Assembly: GCF_964204645.1 (NCBI RefSeq)
Contig: NC_134027.1
Location: 496,001-560,000 of the forward strand
Origin: Tubulanus polymorphus
Taxonomy: Eukaryota > Animalia > Nemertea
Length of the DNA: 64,000 nucleotides
Direction of reading: 5' to 3'
In this document: positions 33,801 to 47,572 of the stretch, one piece after another
Layout of the letters: the number at the start of each line of letters is the position of its first letter
Position numbering within the stretch: position 1 is the stretch's first letter
Notes under the pieces: model-generated
Databases searched by the model: none
What the model was told of the DNA's origin: nothing
What the model saw: the letters and a program-made list of their open reading frames with translations, nothing else
Position numbers and translations under genes: made by a program

Positions 33801-36800
33801 AAAAAATGTAGAATTTCTAGGATAAGCTAATGTGGATTTGCAAACTTGAAATCGAAGTTTTAAGAAATTTGAGGAATTATAACATTTGGCGATTGGGTAG
33901 ATGATACTTCGACTGTAGGTATAGTGGTTTAATTTTTTTTATTGAAGATTGTCAATAATTGATAACTTGCGACCGACTTCATTCACATTTGCCTCTAAGC
34001 TGGTCTGCAACTTCATTGCCTCCATAGTTGAAGAAAGAGCTCTTCTGATGTCTGCTTCATCATGACTTCGTGTGGCCTAGAAGGCTGGCCCGGTCCCCGG
34101 GCCCGGGTTTGGCTGTCACTCGATATACTAAAAATTTAGTCTTGAGTCTGGGTTGAAGTAGACATTGTCATTTAAAATAACTTGTTTATGTTATTCTCTA
34201 TGAATTACCCGTGTGTCTTGTATGTTGTATTTTCTTACTTTAAAATGTGAAACTTTATTGAATTTGGGAATTTTAATCCCGGAATTTCAATGTAATAACG
34301 ATCAATAAAAAATTGAATTGAATTGTCACCTAATACACTTGCCATCAGAGCACGCGGAGCCGTATGTAACAGCTAGGCTATTATAAATTGCTAATCTCAT
34401 GAAACCTGCATACCCCTAATATCGAACATATTTTCTAAAAAATTTGAATATTGAAATTATATGTTTACACATTTGAATATTGACCGCTTGTAGCCGCTGA
34501 TGAAATTCACACCGGCCCTACACAGATCGTAGATAGCTTCGTCATTCCACCAACATCCCCATCAGGGTCTGACTTTTATATCAGACTTCCGCATCGTGTA
34601 TACATCCGCCATTTACTTATCATTTCTATTTATGCCTGCCGCTTCTGATATAATCATACATCCTTAACTATTACAATACGTCTTCTAATTCCGCGGAAAA
34701 TGGCGGACGGGCAAAACCTGTCCCATATTGAATTGGACAGGCAACCAGTCTAGTTTTCTAAACGATGTATTTATTACTCGCGTACCACAGTATTTATTAC
34801 TCGCGTACCACAGTCGGACAATCGACCTATGTACGATCTCTACCGTCGCGTGCTGCCTATACATAAACAATAAGCGGTTAATCTGTGAACAATAACCTCA
34901 CTTGCCACAGTAAGACACCGATCGGCAGCCGACGAAGTTAATCCCAGTCCAGTGGCTAAATCGCAAATTTAGCACCAGAGGCTGAAAGTTGTTGGGAATT
35001 CGTGGCTGTAAATCATAAATAAAATATATATTAAACTAAAAGTATGTGTTTATGTTGATGGTTGAGTTTTTGTCAAGGTGTGGAATGCGCGGTTGTGCCG
35101 ATCATACAGCAACTTATGATTGTTTGTACATCAGCCAGAACCAAGGTCCACACATTAGGATCCAGTTCCACAGATCAGGATCCAGCTCCTAGGATCCAGT
35201 TCCACAGATCAGGATCCAGCTCACAGAATCCAGTTGCATATAGTTTGACTTAGTTAGGTTAGACTTAGTAATATGTTCATTTCCACAGTGTTAGTCTTGA
35301 CTTTAATTCTGAGCATACAAAAACATCTCGATTCAACGGACGGCTAATTACGATTCAAGAGGGCTTCTAGGTATAATGTGAACAAATGTTTTAAATGAAG
35401 TTAAATGATTTAATGTAGATAGTTTAAAGTCGATGAGCCTCTGATTTTAATCTATACATGTTCACGGATTTGTCCCATTATAACCTATTTCTTATAATCA
35501 CAGGTCAGCGGTCGCCATTGTGTCCGGATTCAGGTTGAATTTTGATCGACTTTTTTCACAATGGAATCGGTGCGCATTCCTTTACCGGATATCGATCGTA
35601 TGGTATTGTTATATAGATAATCGCTTGGATGGACCGCAACTCTTCCGAACCATTTTACCTGACCAGCACCTTCCTTTCGACCACTGGACGCCAGACAGCG
35701 AGCACCTCCTGTGAAAATACTCCCGAAACCCGAACATCTGCGTTTGGTAAGTGTTATAACAGTTGAACAGTTTAAGAATGATTTTGACTCTTTAAAAATT
35801 AAATGAATTAAGTTATGTTTTTTGACGATGAAATAAATTACTCTTACTAAACAATTCATTTCAAATGTGGCTGCCTCTTGACTGGTTAAACTCAATTAGA
35901 TTGAGTTTAAGCTCGGGTTAATGTTGATACTGCTCTATTAAACCAGCCCCTGTTCTCAATTTTTTAAGTTTTATTGCCATTGTCAATGAGGACAACAATT
36001 TGTACTTAACCGTTTTTAGCTTAATGTTCTCACAAGCTCGCTAGGCCATGGTGTCAAATTTTAATTTCATTGAAGTTTGTACTGTTTAATACTTGTCATC
36101 TAAATCTGAATTTCAAAATCACAATAATTTTAAAATGTTCAATGTTTTGTCTTCTTTTGTGTCGTGCGGAATTCGAACGCGAGTTGCTTCCCAGATTCGA
36201 ACGCGACAACCACGGCTCGCCCGCTGTTAAATCTTAATCTCGTAATTTTTTAGGAGTCCTAAAACCGTTTTTAGTCCGAAAAAAATTGTATTCAAAACTT
36301 CTGAAAAAACTATTTACTTATTGAGACAATGCGTAAATTCATCTCTGAAATCCCTTTGGAATCGAACCGGGTGATACTGATTTATCTCATCCCTATATCT
36401 GCGGCGAAAAAACCGATATGAACGAGCAGTTCAGAACGGCGGGGAATCCCCGTAACGTTCTCCGCAGCAAAGCCACGTGACACGACTAACTTGTACGTGC
36501 GTGCTCCGTATTAGTGAAGACACTGTTACTGGGGTCATCATTCTAAAACATATATACAGGTAAAATAGAAGATGCTGGTTCAGAGACCAGTACTCTTTGT
36601 CTTAGACTAGTTGAGGTCACACTCTAGAGGAGCGAGATTTATAAAATAGATACCGCGCCCTTTGAATCGATGTCAGTATTCTTTAGATCTCTCAAACCGG
36701 CTTAGTAACATTTGAATTTTATTTTTTCTAGCATTTGCTGGTTAGAGTCATCGATCCACACCGCCCGGGACCGCACCTAGGAGCAGCCACATCTAGGAGC

Positions 36801-38467
36801 AGGAGCATCCACTGGGACCGCACCTAGGAGCGGCAAGTAGGAGCAGCCGCACATAGGAGCAGCCACAGGAGGGACTGACCTGAATTGGGAATCACTGAAT
36901 GGAAAAGATAAGTAGATATATTTATCATTAAACTACAATATTTTTGGAGTACAGGTCTTGAGATGTTTTCAAACTTCCCATCATCTCTTCAGGTGTTTCT
37001 GCTGTAGTATGTGGTTTTTTTTCTGTTCAGGTGTCGCCCCCATATTTTTCTGATTGCTAGCAAAAAACAGGGTTCAACTGCTGTATCAGGCATATTACGA
37101 TGTTAGATTAATTTGTTCTTGTTGTTCAGGCGTTTCTGCAGTTTTTGAATGTTTTAATGTAAAGTCCATCCCCGATATACACACCACATTCAGGTATTCT
37201 CTATCGTGATAAATTGTGAATCAAAAACTTACATATTTAGACTTAATTAGAAATTCATTGGTTCAAAAGGTTTTCATTTATAAAAAAATGTTAAAATTGA
37301 TTGAAAATAATTACATTGTTGTAATGGGAGTGATTTTTCGACCCTAATTAACATCGAAAAAAGTTAAACAGAAAATTTAGAAAAAAATGATTAAATAAAG
37401 AATTAATAAATAATAAAATAGATAAGTAAATCTAGTCCTGCTTTCACAAAAAAGTTTTGTTCAGACTTTTTGGGAAATTGGATATATATATATAACTTAT
37501 ATTTATTTTAATCATCAGGTATAATATAGCAATTGACTTGAAATGAATATCATACTAGTATTTATAAACATACAAATCTTCATTAACAAACTAGGGCAAA
37601 ACATCCCAAAAACGTTAGTTAAAGATATATCATAATTCATTTACTCATTTCAAAATTAGATTTACCATATTTACATATATCATATCATATATCGTTATCT
37701 CAATTTTTATGGTTATTCAACTACCTCAATTCTGGGATTTATTAAATAGCAACAATTGTGCAAAATCTTAGTATTTTCACTGGTGTCACTTTCTTCTTTT
37801 TGCCGCTGCTTTTATTTAAAGAAAACACGTTGGCCTTCGTCAATTTGATAATAATAATTGTCTTATTTGGAAAGAAATTCTTGGGATTCAGAAAATATAG
37901 CGCTTGTATCTGAATTCTTGGAAATATTCATTGAATCATCAATCGAAGTGACAAAAATTTGACAAAAAATACTTTTAGTGGATAAATGGAGGTTGTAAGT
38001 GGGATTGTTAGACGGAGAGAGGAGATAGAGGAACCACTCGTCTTTTCTTCTGATGCTGTCCTGTCTTGCATTCTGTGACACAGATTGTAGTTGGATAAAC
38101 ACAGCTGATATCTCATTATCATCGTAATTGAAATGTATGTTGTACCTCTAAATCTGCATTATTTTTGGCGGCCGAGGTCCACTTGTTCCCTCACTACAAC
38201 TGCTGTCCGATCCTTTTCTCTTTCTCGAGGTTTTGGAATTAAAATTAAAAGTTCCGTCCATCAGCTCTTAGCTGTTGAGAAGTACTGCGTGAAAATGAGC
38301 AAAACTAGTAATCATAGCTTGACCTGGTTTCTCAATAATGATGTCACTGGGAAAGCCCTTCAGCGTCCATGTTCAATGTAAATAAAACAAACATTACGTA
38401 TTGATCAGGCTCCCAAAATTCTGCAAAAAATGATCAAATTAAAAACAATTCAGTTTAATCCTCCTTC

Positions 38468-39040
38468 GTGGTACCACTGCTGGAGCACCTGATGTACCGG
38501 CCTGGGTGGTACCACTGCTGGAGCACCTGATGTACCAGCCTGGGTGGTAACACTGCTGGAGCACCTGATGTACCAGCCTGGGTGGTAACACTGCTGGAGC
38601 CCCTGATGTACCGGTCAGGGTGGTACCACTGCTGGAGCACCTGATGTACCGGTCAGGGTGGTACCACTGATGGAGCACCTGATGTACCGGTCAGGGTGGT
38701 ACCACTGCTGGAGCACCTGATGTACCGGTCTGGGTGGTACCACTGCTGGAGCACCTGATGTACCGGCCTGGGTGGTACCACTGATGGAGCACCTGATGTA
38801 CCAGCCTGGGTGGTAACACTGCTGGAGCACCTGATGTACCGGTCAGGGTGGTACCACTGCTGGAGCACCTGATGTACCGGCCGGGGTGGTACCACTGCTG
38901 GAGCACCTGATGTACCGGCCTGGGTGGTACCACTGATGGAGCATCTGATGTACCGGTCAGGGTGGTACCACTGCGGGAGCACCTGATGTACCGGTCAGGG
39001 TGGTACCACTGATGGAGCACCTGATGTACCGGCCTGGGTG
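38468..39040. repeat. 38-bp minisatellite (ggtggtaccactgctggagcacctgatgtaccggcctg), ~15 copies, starting inside a minus-strand MPKA-type exon
   Basis: Period 38; the minus strand begins ttctag|ATGCCTAAGGCGGTCACCCAGGCC. Confidence 0.95.
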
Positions 39041-39593
39041 ACCGCCTTAGGCATCTAGAAAAAGTAAAAATATTTAAAAATTTCATACAGTTCAGTACTT
39101 TATTACACTTATTCTTTATTATGTAAAACATGATATATGATGACAACTACAGCAGTATACGGGCTGGATGTTGAAGGGCCGGGGACCCGCATTTTTTTGT
39201 TTGCTTTTGGAATAGTTGAAAGGCTTGATGTTAATACTTGATCTGGATGGGTCCGCGCCCCTTCTATAGTGTCAAAAATATATAAATTGTGAAATTTTCC
39301 AATTTGGATGCTGTTCTGGGAAATGAAAGGATAATTTCACTCTGTTTTTATCATTTGGTTTTAACGGATAATTCTTGCTGGAAACTACCGTCTTGTGTCT
39401 GAACACTCGATATATCGATTTCACTGGTGTGTGTGTCAATAGCATGTGTTGCTTGAAATGTGACTTTTGCTCAAACTATTGACAGCATATCACAGTTTGA
39501 TTCCTTATTATCACCAGTAGTCATTGCACGCTTTAATCTAACATTGCTAAGGTAATTTTAGGTAATTGCCCTCCCATTCTATCTGGTGTGCAG

Positions 39594-39754
39594 CTATCTG
39601 ATAGGCCGCTGCTGAGGCGTATTAATCCGATTTTTGGGAGGGGCAGCAGCGGGCGACAAAGGATTAACCGGTGGTGGTATCCTGTCAGGAACCAAGTTTC
39701 TTTTAAATTCCTCCACCAATTCCCCGAACAGACATTCGTCTAAAATGTTGATGA
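39594..39754 (-). pseudogene. Diverged paralog of exon e (INILDECLFGELVEEFKRNLVPDRIPPPVNPLSPAAAPPKNRINTPQQRPIR*)
   Basis: Intact acceptor, clear amino-acid similarity to exon e, early stop. Confidence 0.75.
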
Positions 39755-40029
39755 CTGTAAAATAAAAATAAGGAGAAATATATTAAACAACAAGTCGAAT
39801 GGTTTTGATGCTACGGTTAAGAATTCTGGTACTCGGCGAGGTTAAACATTCATTTCTTAAACTTTACAATCGATTGTCACATTGATGGCGCCATCTATAA
39901 ACCTTTCTAAAAACAACTATAGGATTTCAATTGCACAATGTTAATACTACGGATCAACAGTTATTATTAGATTTTGATTATCAGTGACATACGTCACACT
40001 AAATGATATTGTATGAAAATAGTTAAACT

Positions 40030-42250
40030 ACTTACACTCGGTAGAAATAAGCGTACGAACTCCTTCCGTCGGAACGCACGACTTAACCGAAATATCAGTG
40101 CTGTAAAACAAAAAATACAATTCATTATAATCACATACATTAATTACAAACTCAAATTCAAGAGCAGTTTGAACTGTGTCTCATGAAACTGAACCCAGAT
40201 GAATCCAGTTCATTCAGGAATGAGAATTTGTAGTTTTTTCTAAATCTTTTTAAGCTTGCCGACAAGACGAGCGAACACCGGCATAAATATCGAACATGTT
40301 TAATGTCGGCGGGCGACGAAATCACCGTGACGGCCGATTTATAGATAGATCGGTACCCGCTCGTATCGGGCGTATAAATTCACCGGCGAATTTAATCGTC
40401 GCGATCGGGCAAAAAAATGGATACGCTCGTGTCCTTCTAGCTTTATATCATATTACTATTTAATAACGTTAACTCCTCCCGCCAGAACGCACAACTTAAT
40501 CTAAATATTAGTGCTCGTAAAACAAAAAATACAATTAATAATATCCTATCGGGAACCAAGTTTCTTTTAAATTCCCCCACCAAATCCTCAAACGGGCATT
40601 CTTCTAAAATTTGCAGAACTGTAAAATAAAAATAGAGAGAAATACATTAAACAACAAGTCGAATGGTTTCGATGCTACGGCTATGAATATCATTCCAACA
40701 GGGGGCGCCTGATGTTACTTAAGTTTGATTTCAATGTAATCGTGTTGGTCTGGCAGCGATCGCTGATTGGACCGTATAGGCCCCGGCTATCATTAGAGAT
40801 TTTAGTCAGGATTTTTATGAACCCACTCTTGGAAAAATTCCTGGATCAGTAACAAACGTCACACTAAAGGATATTGTATGAAAATAGTTAAACTACTTAC
40901 ACTCCGGTAGAAATAAACGTACGAACTCCTTCCGCCGGAACGCTCGACTTAATCTAAATATCAGTGCTGTAAAACAAAAAATACAATTAATAATATCCTA
41001 TCGGGAACCAAGTTTCTTTTAAATTCCCCCACCAAATCCTCGAACGGGCATTCTTCTAAAATTTGCAGAACTGTAAAATAAAAATAGAGAGAAATACATT
41101 AAACAACAAGTCAAATGGTTTTGATGCTATGAATGCTTTTACAAAAGGGGGCGCCTGATGTTATTTATTTCAATGTAATCGTGTTGGGCTGGCAGTGATC
41201 ATTGATTGGACTGTTTTAGTGTTTTTGGAATTGCCAGGAAAAGAATACTAGAGGACCAAAGGTCCTGTGGTCTCCTGTTTTGATAAACACAGTACAATTG
41301 TGATTTTTTTAAGTAACACAATTAATTATTTTTTCCTCTCAATGATTTGCAACTTATTCATACTGAACAAAATTTTAATTAGATTTGAAGTTTGCGCTGA
41401 ATGAAATGAAATTCGATTTGTTTGTTTAAATCTGAATGAAATTGAATCAAATTTTTATGCTTCTTCGGCAACTACTCGAGAAAAAACACTATTTTACTAA
41501 AACCTTACGCAATTGTCATAAATACATTTTCTGTAAAATAGTGTATTCTGATTGGTTCTATTCTGATTGGTTCTAATCTAGGGTGGATACAAGCTTCCAC
41601 TGTTTTCCAGAATATAGTCAGAAAATGTGACTAACATAACTTCTAGAAGTAACTAATCTGACAGGTCCGTACAGCTAACTCAGTCAGGTTGTGAGCCATA
41701 ACAACCTATAAAAAGGCTCTGGCCGTCTCTTAAGACCCACTAGGGTTACACTGTTACTTGCAGTTGATAATTCCGCAACTATTTCTTTATGCAAATGCAT
41801 TCAAATAGACAGATATAACAGGCTACATATCGTCATTATAGGATTAATTTGTTGAATGTTTTTATTAGATTTTGAGGAGATATCACAGGCCCGGATCCAG
41901 GGAGGGTTTCAGGGGTCGTGACTCCGCTGATCAGCTACCAAAAATTTTAAAAATTCGTTTTCTTGAAGGAATGTAAATGCTTACTCGAGACAAGCCAAAA
42001 AACCGGTACCATATGATCTTATGTTTGGCCAAACAATATGCCGTATAGGCCCCGGCTATCATTAGAGATTTTAGTCAGGATTTTTATGAACCCACTCTTG
42101 GAAAAATTCCTGGATCAGTTACACACGTCACACTAAATGATATTGTATGAAAATAGTTAAACTACTTACACTCTGGTAGAAATAAACGTACGAACTCCTT
42201 CCGCCGGAACGCTCGACTTAACCTAAATATTAGTGTTCGTGCTTGACAAA
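40030..42250 (-). pseudogene. Mosaic of inverted gene A fragments: exon d copies (40036-40100, ~40471-40515, 40901-40966, 42170-42235), truncated exon e copies (~40539-40618, ~40990-41070) and intron d-e
   Basis: Reverse-complement identity to 8460-10295 in rearranged blocks. Confidence 0.85.
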
Positions 42251-42909
42251 ACTAGTTTGAATAAGAGCTGTTTGTTTTAATGAGATGAACTGAATCAACA
42301 GAATTATGTAACTGAACCTAAGTGTGTCCAGTTCCCAAATAAGGATTTGTGTTTTTCTAACCCATTTACGTAAGATATCAACAGACAGGGTTCATTCAGA
42401 GGTCAATCCTAGATGTCCCTCCCTTGAGAAGAATGACATTTCAGGTCATCAACAGATTAAAATTCATTTAAAATCTGAATCTTTGGCTTTTCTATAAACA
42501 GATTGCAGATTGCATTGGCTTGAAACCTGCTTTTGGCATCTAGAAAAATAAGTAAAAATCATTTGAAAATACATTTTATAATGAGTCCGTCAAACAGTTC
42601 AATACTTTCTTTCACTTATTCTTAACAAAGTATGAATAAATTAGCATGAAAACAGTAAATTTGTAATTGCAGCAGCTTAGCGGCTTGAAGTCGAAGGGTC
42701 TGCCCCCCCCGGGTTTTTCTCTGAGCTTTCGGCATCTAGTAAGATAACTATGATATAATGATATTAATAGAAAAATTTAAAGTAAAAGTATTAAATAAAT
42801 TGAAGATACATCATATAATCGAGGCAGTCAAACAGTTCAGTACTTTCTTACAACTATTCTTAAGCATGGTATGAATGAATAAGCATGGAAGCAGTAAATT
42901 TGTACTTAC

Positions 42910-42975
42910 TTTATTATAGGGGCTCGATGTTGAGGGCCCCGCGCCCCGCGTTTTCTTTATCGCTTTTGGCATTTT
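42910..42975 (-). CDS. Candidate start-codon exon of the gene A family: MPKAIKKTRGAGPSTSSPYNK (phase 0 donor)
   Basis: ttttacttgtttttctag acceptor, ATG at 42972-42970, gtaagt donor; damaged paralogs at ~39050, ~39160-39210, ~42540, ~42670-42736, ~43085-43149 and ~56725-56789. Confidence 0.45.
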
Positions 42976-43221
42976 CTAGAAAAACAAGTAAAAATATTAA
43001 ATCATTTGAAACTGGACCCAGGGGTACAAAATACTAAGTATTGGATGAATAAATAAGCATGGAAGCAGTAAATTTGTACTTTCTATTTCGTATGGGCTCG
43101 AAGTTGAGGGGCCCGCGCCCCGGGTCTTTCTTTGTGCTTTTGGCATAATCTAGAAAAACAAGTAAAAATATTAAATCATTTGAAAAATATATCAGTCAGT
43201 CTTATTCTGGTTCAGTGAAGT

Positions 43222-44760
43222 AATTCTCTATATGGTGCATGTAGGGGTCCAGGGACACCACATCCACTAATTCTTTATATGGTGCATGTAGGGGTCCAGG
43301 GACACCACATCCACTAATTCTCTATATGGTGCATGTAGGGGTCCAGGGACACCACATCCACTAATTCTCTATATGGTGCATGTAGGGGTCCAGGGACACC
43401 ACATCCACTAATTCTCTATATGGTGCATGTAGGGGTCCAGGGACACCACATCCACTAATTCTTTATATGGTGCATGTAGGGGTCCAGGGACACCACATCC
43501 ACTAATTCTTTATATGGTGCATGTAGGGGTCCAGGGACACCACATCCACTAATTCTTTATATGGTGCATGTAGGGGTCCAGGGACACCACATCCACTAAT
43601 TCTCTATATGGTGCATGTAGGGGTGCAGGGACACCACATCCACTAATTCTCTATATGATGCATGTAGGGGTCCAGGGACACCACATCCACTAATTCTCTA
43701 TATGATGCATGTAGGGGTCCAGGGACACCACATCCACTAATTCTCTATATGGTGCATGTAGGGGTGCAGGGACACCACATCCACTAATTCTCTATATGAT
43801 GCATGTAGGGGTCCAGGGACACCACATCCACTAATTCTCTATATGGTGCATGTAGGGGTCCAGGGACACCACATCCATTAATTCTCTATATGGTGCATGT
43901 AGGGGTCCAGGGACACCACATCCACTAATTCTCTATATGATGCATGTAGGGGTCCAGGGACACCACATCCACTAATTCTCTATATGGTGCATGTAGGGGT
44001 GCAGGGACACCACATCCACTAATTCTCTATATGATGCATGTAGGGGTCCAGGGACACCACATCCACTAATTCTCTATATGGTGCATGTAGGGGTCCAGGG
44101 ACACCACATCCATTAATTCTCTATATGATGCATGTAGGGGTCCAGGGACACCACATCCACTAATTCTCTATATGGTGCATGTAGGGGACCAGGAACACCA
44201 CATCCACTAATTCTCTATATGATGCATGTAGGGGTCCAGGGACACCACATCCACTAATTCTCTATATGGTGCATGTAGGGGTCCAGGGACACCACATCCA
44301 CTAATTCTCTATATGGTGCATGTAGGGGTCCAGGGACACCACATCCACTAATTCTCTATATGGTCAGGAACACCACATCCACTAATTCTCTATATGATGC
44401 ATGTAGGGGTCCAGGGACACCACATCCACTAATTCTCTATATGGTGCATGTAGGGGTCCAGGGACACCACATCCACTAATTCTCTATATGGTGCATGTAG
44501 GGGTCCAGGGACACCACATCCACTAATTCTCTATATGGTGCATGTAGGGGTCCATGGACACCACATCCACTAATTCTCTATATGGTGCATGTAGGGGTCC
44601 AGGGACACCACATCCACTAATTCTCTATATGGTGCATGTAGGGGTCCAGGGACACCACATCCACTAATTCTCTATATGGTGCATGTAGGGGTCCATGGAC
44701 ACCACATCCACTAATTCTCTATATGGTGCATGTAGGGGTCCAGGGACACCACATCCTCTA
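43222..44760. repeat. 47-bp satellite (aattctctatatggtgcatgtaggggtccagggacaccacatccact), ~33 copies
   Basis: Period 47 read directly. Confidence 0.97.
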
Positions 44761-45554
44761 TTCTGTTTGGGGCATGGAGATTGCCCAGATTGCCTCTGCT
44801 AACAACAGACACCCATTCAACATTTCTCTTTATGGTACTTTCTTCTTCCTCTTTTCTATCATTTTACAAATTGATTTTCAACTATGACCTGTTTTATTTT
44901 GATATGATGTTTATCTTTACATCATGGTCGCTGGAGATTGTACAAGGAATGATACAAGAAATAATATCCTTAGTTTTAAACTCACAGCTGTTTGCAATTC
45001 TTTCATTTAATCACAGGTTCAATTGAAACGATGCATTCCTATACATATACGCAATCATATCTTTTTTCGAGTCATCATTCTCAGGGAAATTTGATCTCCA
45101 CTCAGGTACAGTCAACCCCTGGCTTGCCAGTTATCCTTTAACTTTTTTACAAAATTATCTTTTCAAAATGAATTACCATGAAAGCAGTAAATTTGAACTT
45201 GCCTTATCATAAGGGGTTTTTCTTTTACTCTTTGTTTTAGCTTTATGTATCTTTGATTTGCTGGTGGTTTTAACATGCATGTCGAGGGAGCTCTCAATCC
45301 AGGAACAGTCAGCTCACAAGCAGCCCCTGCCCCAAAAGGTTTTGACATATTTTCAAAAGCTCTAGTTGTTCCGTAGAACCGAGAGCGGAGCTCTGACTTG
45401 TTCCCCTCACTGTTGAGGTCTACTTTCTCTGATTCGCTGATTGGCTTCTCTTTGGTATATTGGATGATCAAAAACTAGAATCTGTCATGCGTTTATTCAT
45501 TTTGGTATATGTTAAAATTATTTTTCCAGTAAAGGCATATTAAGCACATCAAAA

Positions 45555-47260
45555 CAAATCCGGAATTGTCCCCGAACGAAGTGGCTCCCTCCACTCTCCA
45601 TCAGTATGCCGGGCCACCACCTCTACCTCTCGGGCCACTCGATCGTTTGGTGAGTGAACGAGTGACCGCCCGAAATACCGATGGAGAAGCAGGACCCTCC
45701 CCAGCCCCACCACAATCCCTCCTCGGCCTCTTCCCCCTATCTAACCCTGCCCCGTCGTCCTGATTACCTTGATTAGCTGCACCATCCGCAGGGGCAACTC
45801 TTGCCTCCCCTCCCTGAGGAACCTTGATCTTTCGTATATATTTGAATTCCCCAAGGGCCCATCAGCATAAGAAAAATTGAATGCGGAATAGAATTGATTT
45901 TTTTACGCAATAGCCCGCAGCTACTAAAAGTCCCAAATGGGCTAAAAACTCTAAATTCTTCATACAATGACTAGGCAAACTGGACCGAGGGCAAACTTAT
46001 TAAAATGCTTGCTTTATAACAAATTTGGCCTTTAAAATTCGACCATATATGAATAGATAAAATCACTGTTCATACTTCTATCAATAACATTTTTAGTACT
46101 TTCTAAAGTTGACGACTTTGCTGTTGTTCATTCTTCCTCTGCATTTTTACTTTCTAAAGTTGATTCATTAATATACCGAATTTTTATACAATCTTCGCCG
46201 GCTCATCGGCTGACGACTTTGCTGTGTGATAAAATCACTGTTCATATTTATTTCTATGAATAACAGTGTCCGCCGGGGGGGGGGGGGGGGGGGGCGTCCA
46301 CTTTCACTCGCATCAACGTTTGTTCTATTTGTCGATATCGATGAATCATCTGATTCTTCTTCGGTGGTTTTAATACTTTAATTTATTATGTCTATACAAT
46401 GTGGTATAATTAATTTTAATGCAGCCCGATGATCGAATGCGTCTATTAGTTTAAAACAGACATCTGTTAAACAAAATACAATTCATTATCAGTTAAAAGG
46501 ATATTTTATGGAAATAGTTACTACTACTTACAATGGGGAATTATTAATTTCAGCACCGCTCGGCAGTTGACGGCGTCTATTAGTTTATACAACACGTCTG
46601 TAAAACAAAATACAATTCATTATAATCACGCGTTAATTACAGAACTAGTTTGAATTCTAAAGCAGTTTGTCTGAGGTGAACTCTTGCCTCCCTTCCCTGC
46701 GGAGCCACGACCACCGGAACTTTTCTTTTCCTTTTGTTTTTCTTTTTAGGCGGTGGCCGTGTCTGTAAAGAGAAAAAATTAAAAAATTTGTTGAGTATAA
46801 AATTAAACACGAGTATAAAAATTCAGAATGAGAAAACCAGCGATTCAGCAAATAAAACACCTATACGTAGTTAGGATATCGTGTCACAAGGTGGCGTTTA
46901 GGTATAGCTATGAGCAATCACCTTGACTTGGCCAGCTGTGCGTCCTTCGCTAGTTGCCTAGTGAGGGAATGATTGACTGCCCACAATAGCAGGACCCGCA
47001 CCATCCCCAGCCCCACCACCATCCCTCCTCGGCCGCTTCCTATTTATCCCCTCCCCTTCCTCCCGATTACCTTCGTCAGCCGCACCATCCGCCGGGACCA
47101 CTCTTGCTCCTCCTCCCTGCGGAGCCACGACGACCGCAACTTTTCTTTTCCTTTTTGTTCGAGTTTTTTTTGGCGGTGGTCGTGTCTGTAAAGAAAGAAA
47201 AAGTGAAAAATTTGTTTAGTATAAAATTAAACACTACATAAAAAATCAGAATGAGAAACC
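45555..47260 (-). pseudogene. Cluster of truncated or degenerate copies of terminal exon f (45555-45820, 46676-46762, 46988-47185) and remnants of the exon-d acceptor region
   Basis: Reverse-complement similarity to 11430-11910. Confidence 0.8.
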
Positions 47261-47572
47261 AGCGAATCTATTATCAGTTAGATAATTCACTAAAACTGAC
47301 TCATTGTACTTAAAAACATCAAACTAGAATTATTATAACTTACTGGTAAAACCCGCCTTTCAAATGGCGTTGGCGCTCGAGTCGGGGCAGGAGCATTGGT
47401 ATTCTAGAAAAAATGAAATTATTTCATATAAATGAAAAATATACAAATTCACAGAACACAATTTCATGCTACAGTCAGGCCGTAGAGTGAGATATATTGA
47501 ATTAGTTATAACTCTAAAATGGGTGATGAATGTTTGAGCTCTAATAGCTGAAGTTCCTGGTTTCGCAGATAC

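Noticed and set aside
36160-36380. tRNA gene (GTTCGAAT / GGTTCGATTCC B-box-like motifs on the minus strand)
   Set aside because: No cloverleaf, acceptor stem or clear A-box could be built; at most a decayed tRNA-derived SINE.
38439-39146. Overlapping repeat ORFs (YHPDRYIRCSSSGTT...)
   Set aside because: The 38-bp unit is not a multiple of 3, so the ORFs simply cycle through frames.
43222-44760. 47-bp array (and the 35, 38, 46 and 53-bp arrays) as CRISPR arrays
   Set aside because: Units are head-to-tail with no unique spacers, there are no cas genes, and the context is eukaryotic.
46275-46295. Poly-G tract as a functional G-quadruplex element
   Set aside because: It is a simple homopolymer of uncertain length with no supporting context.
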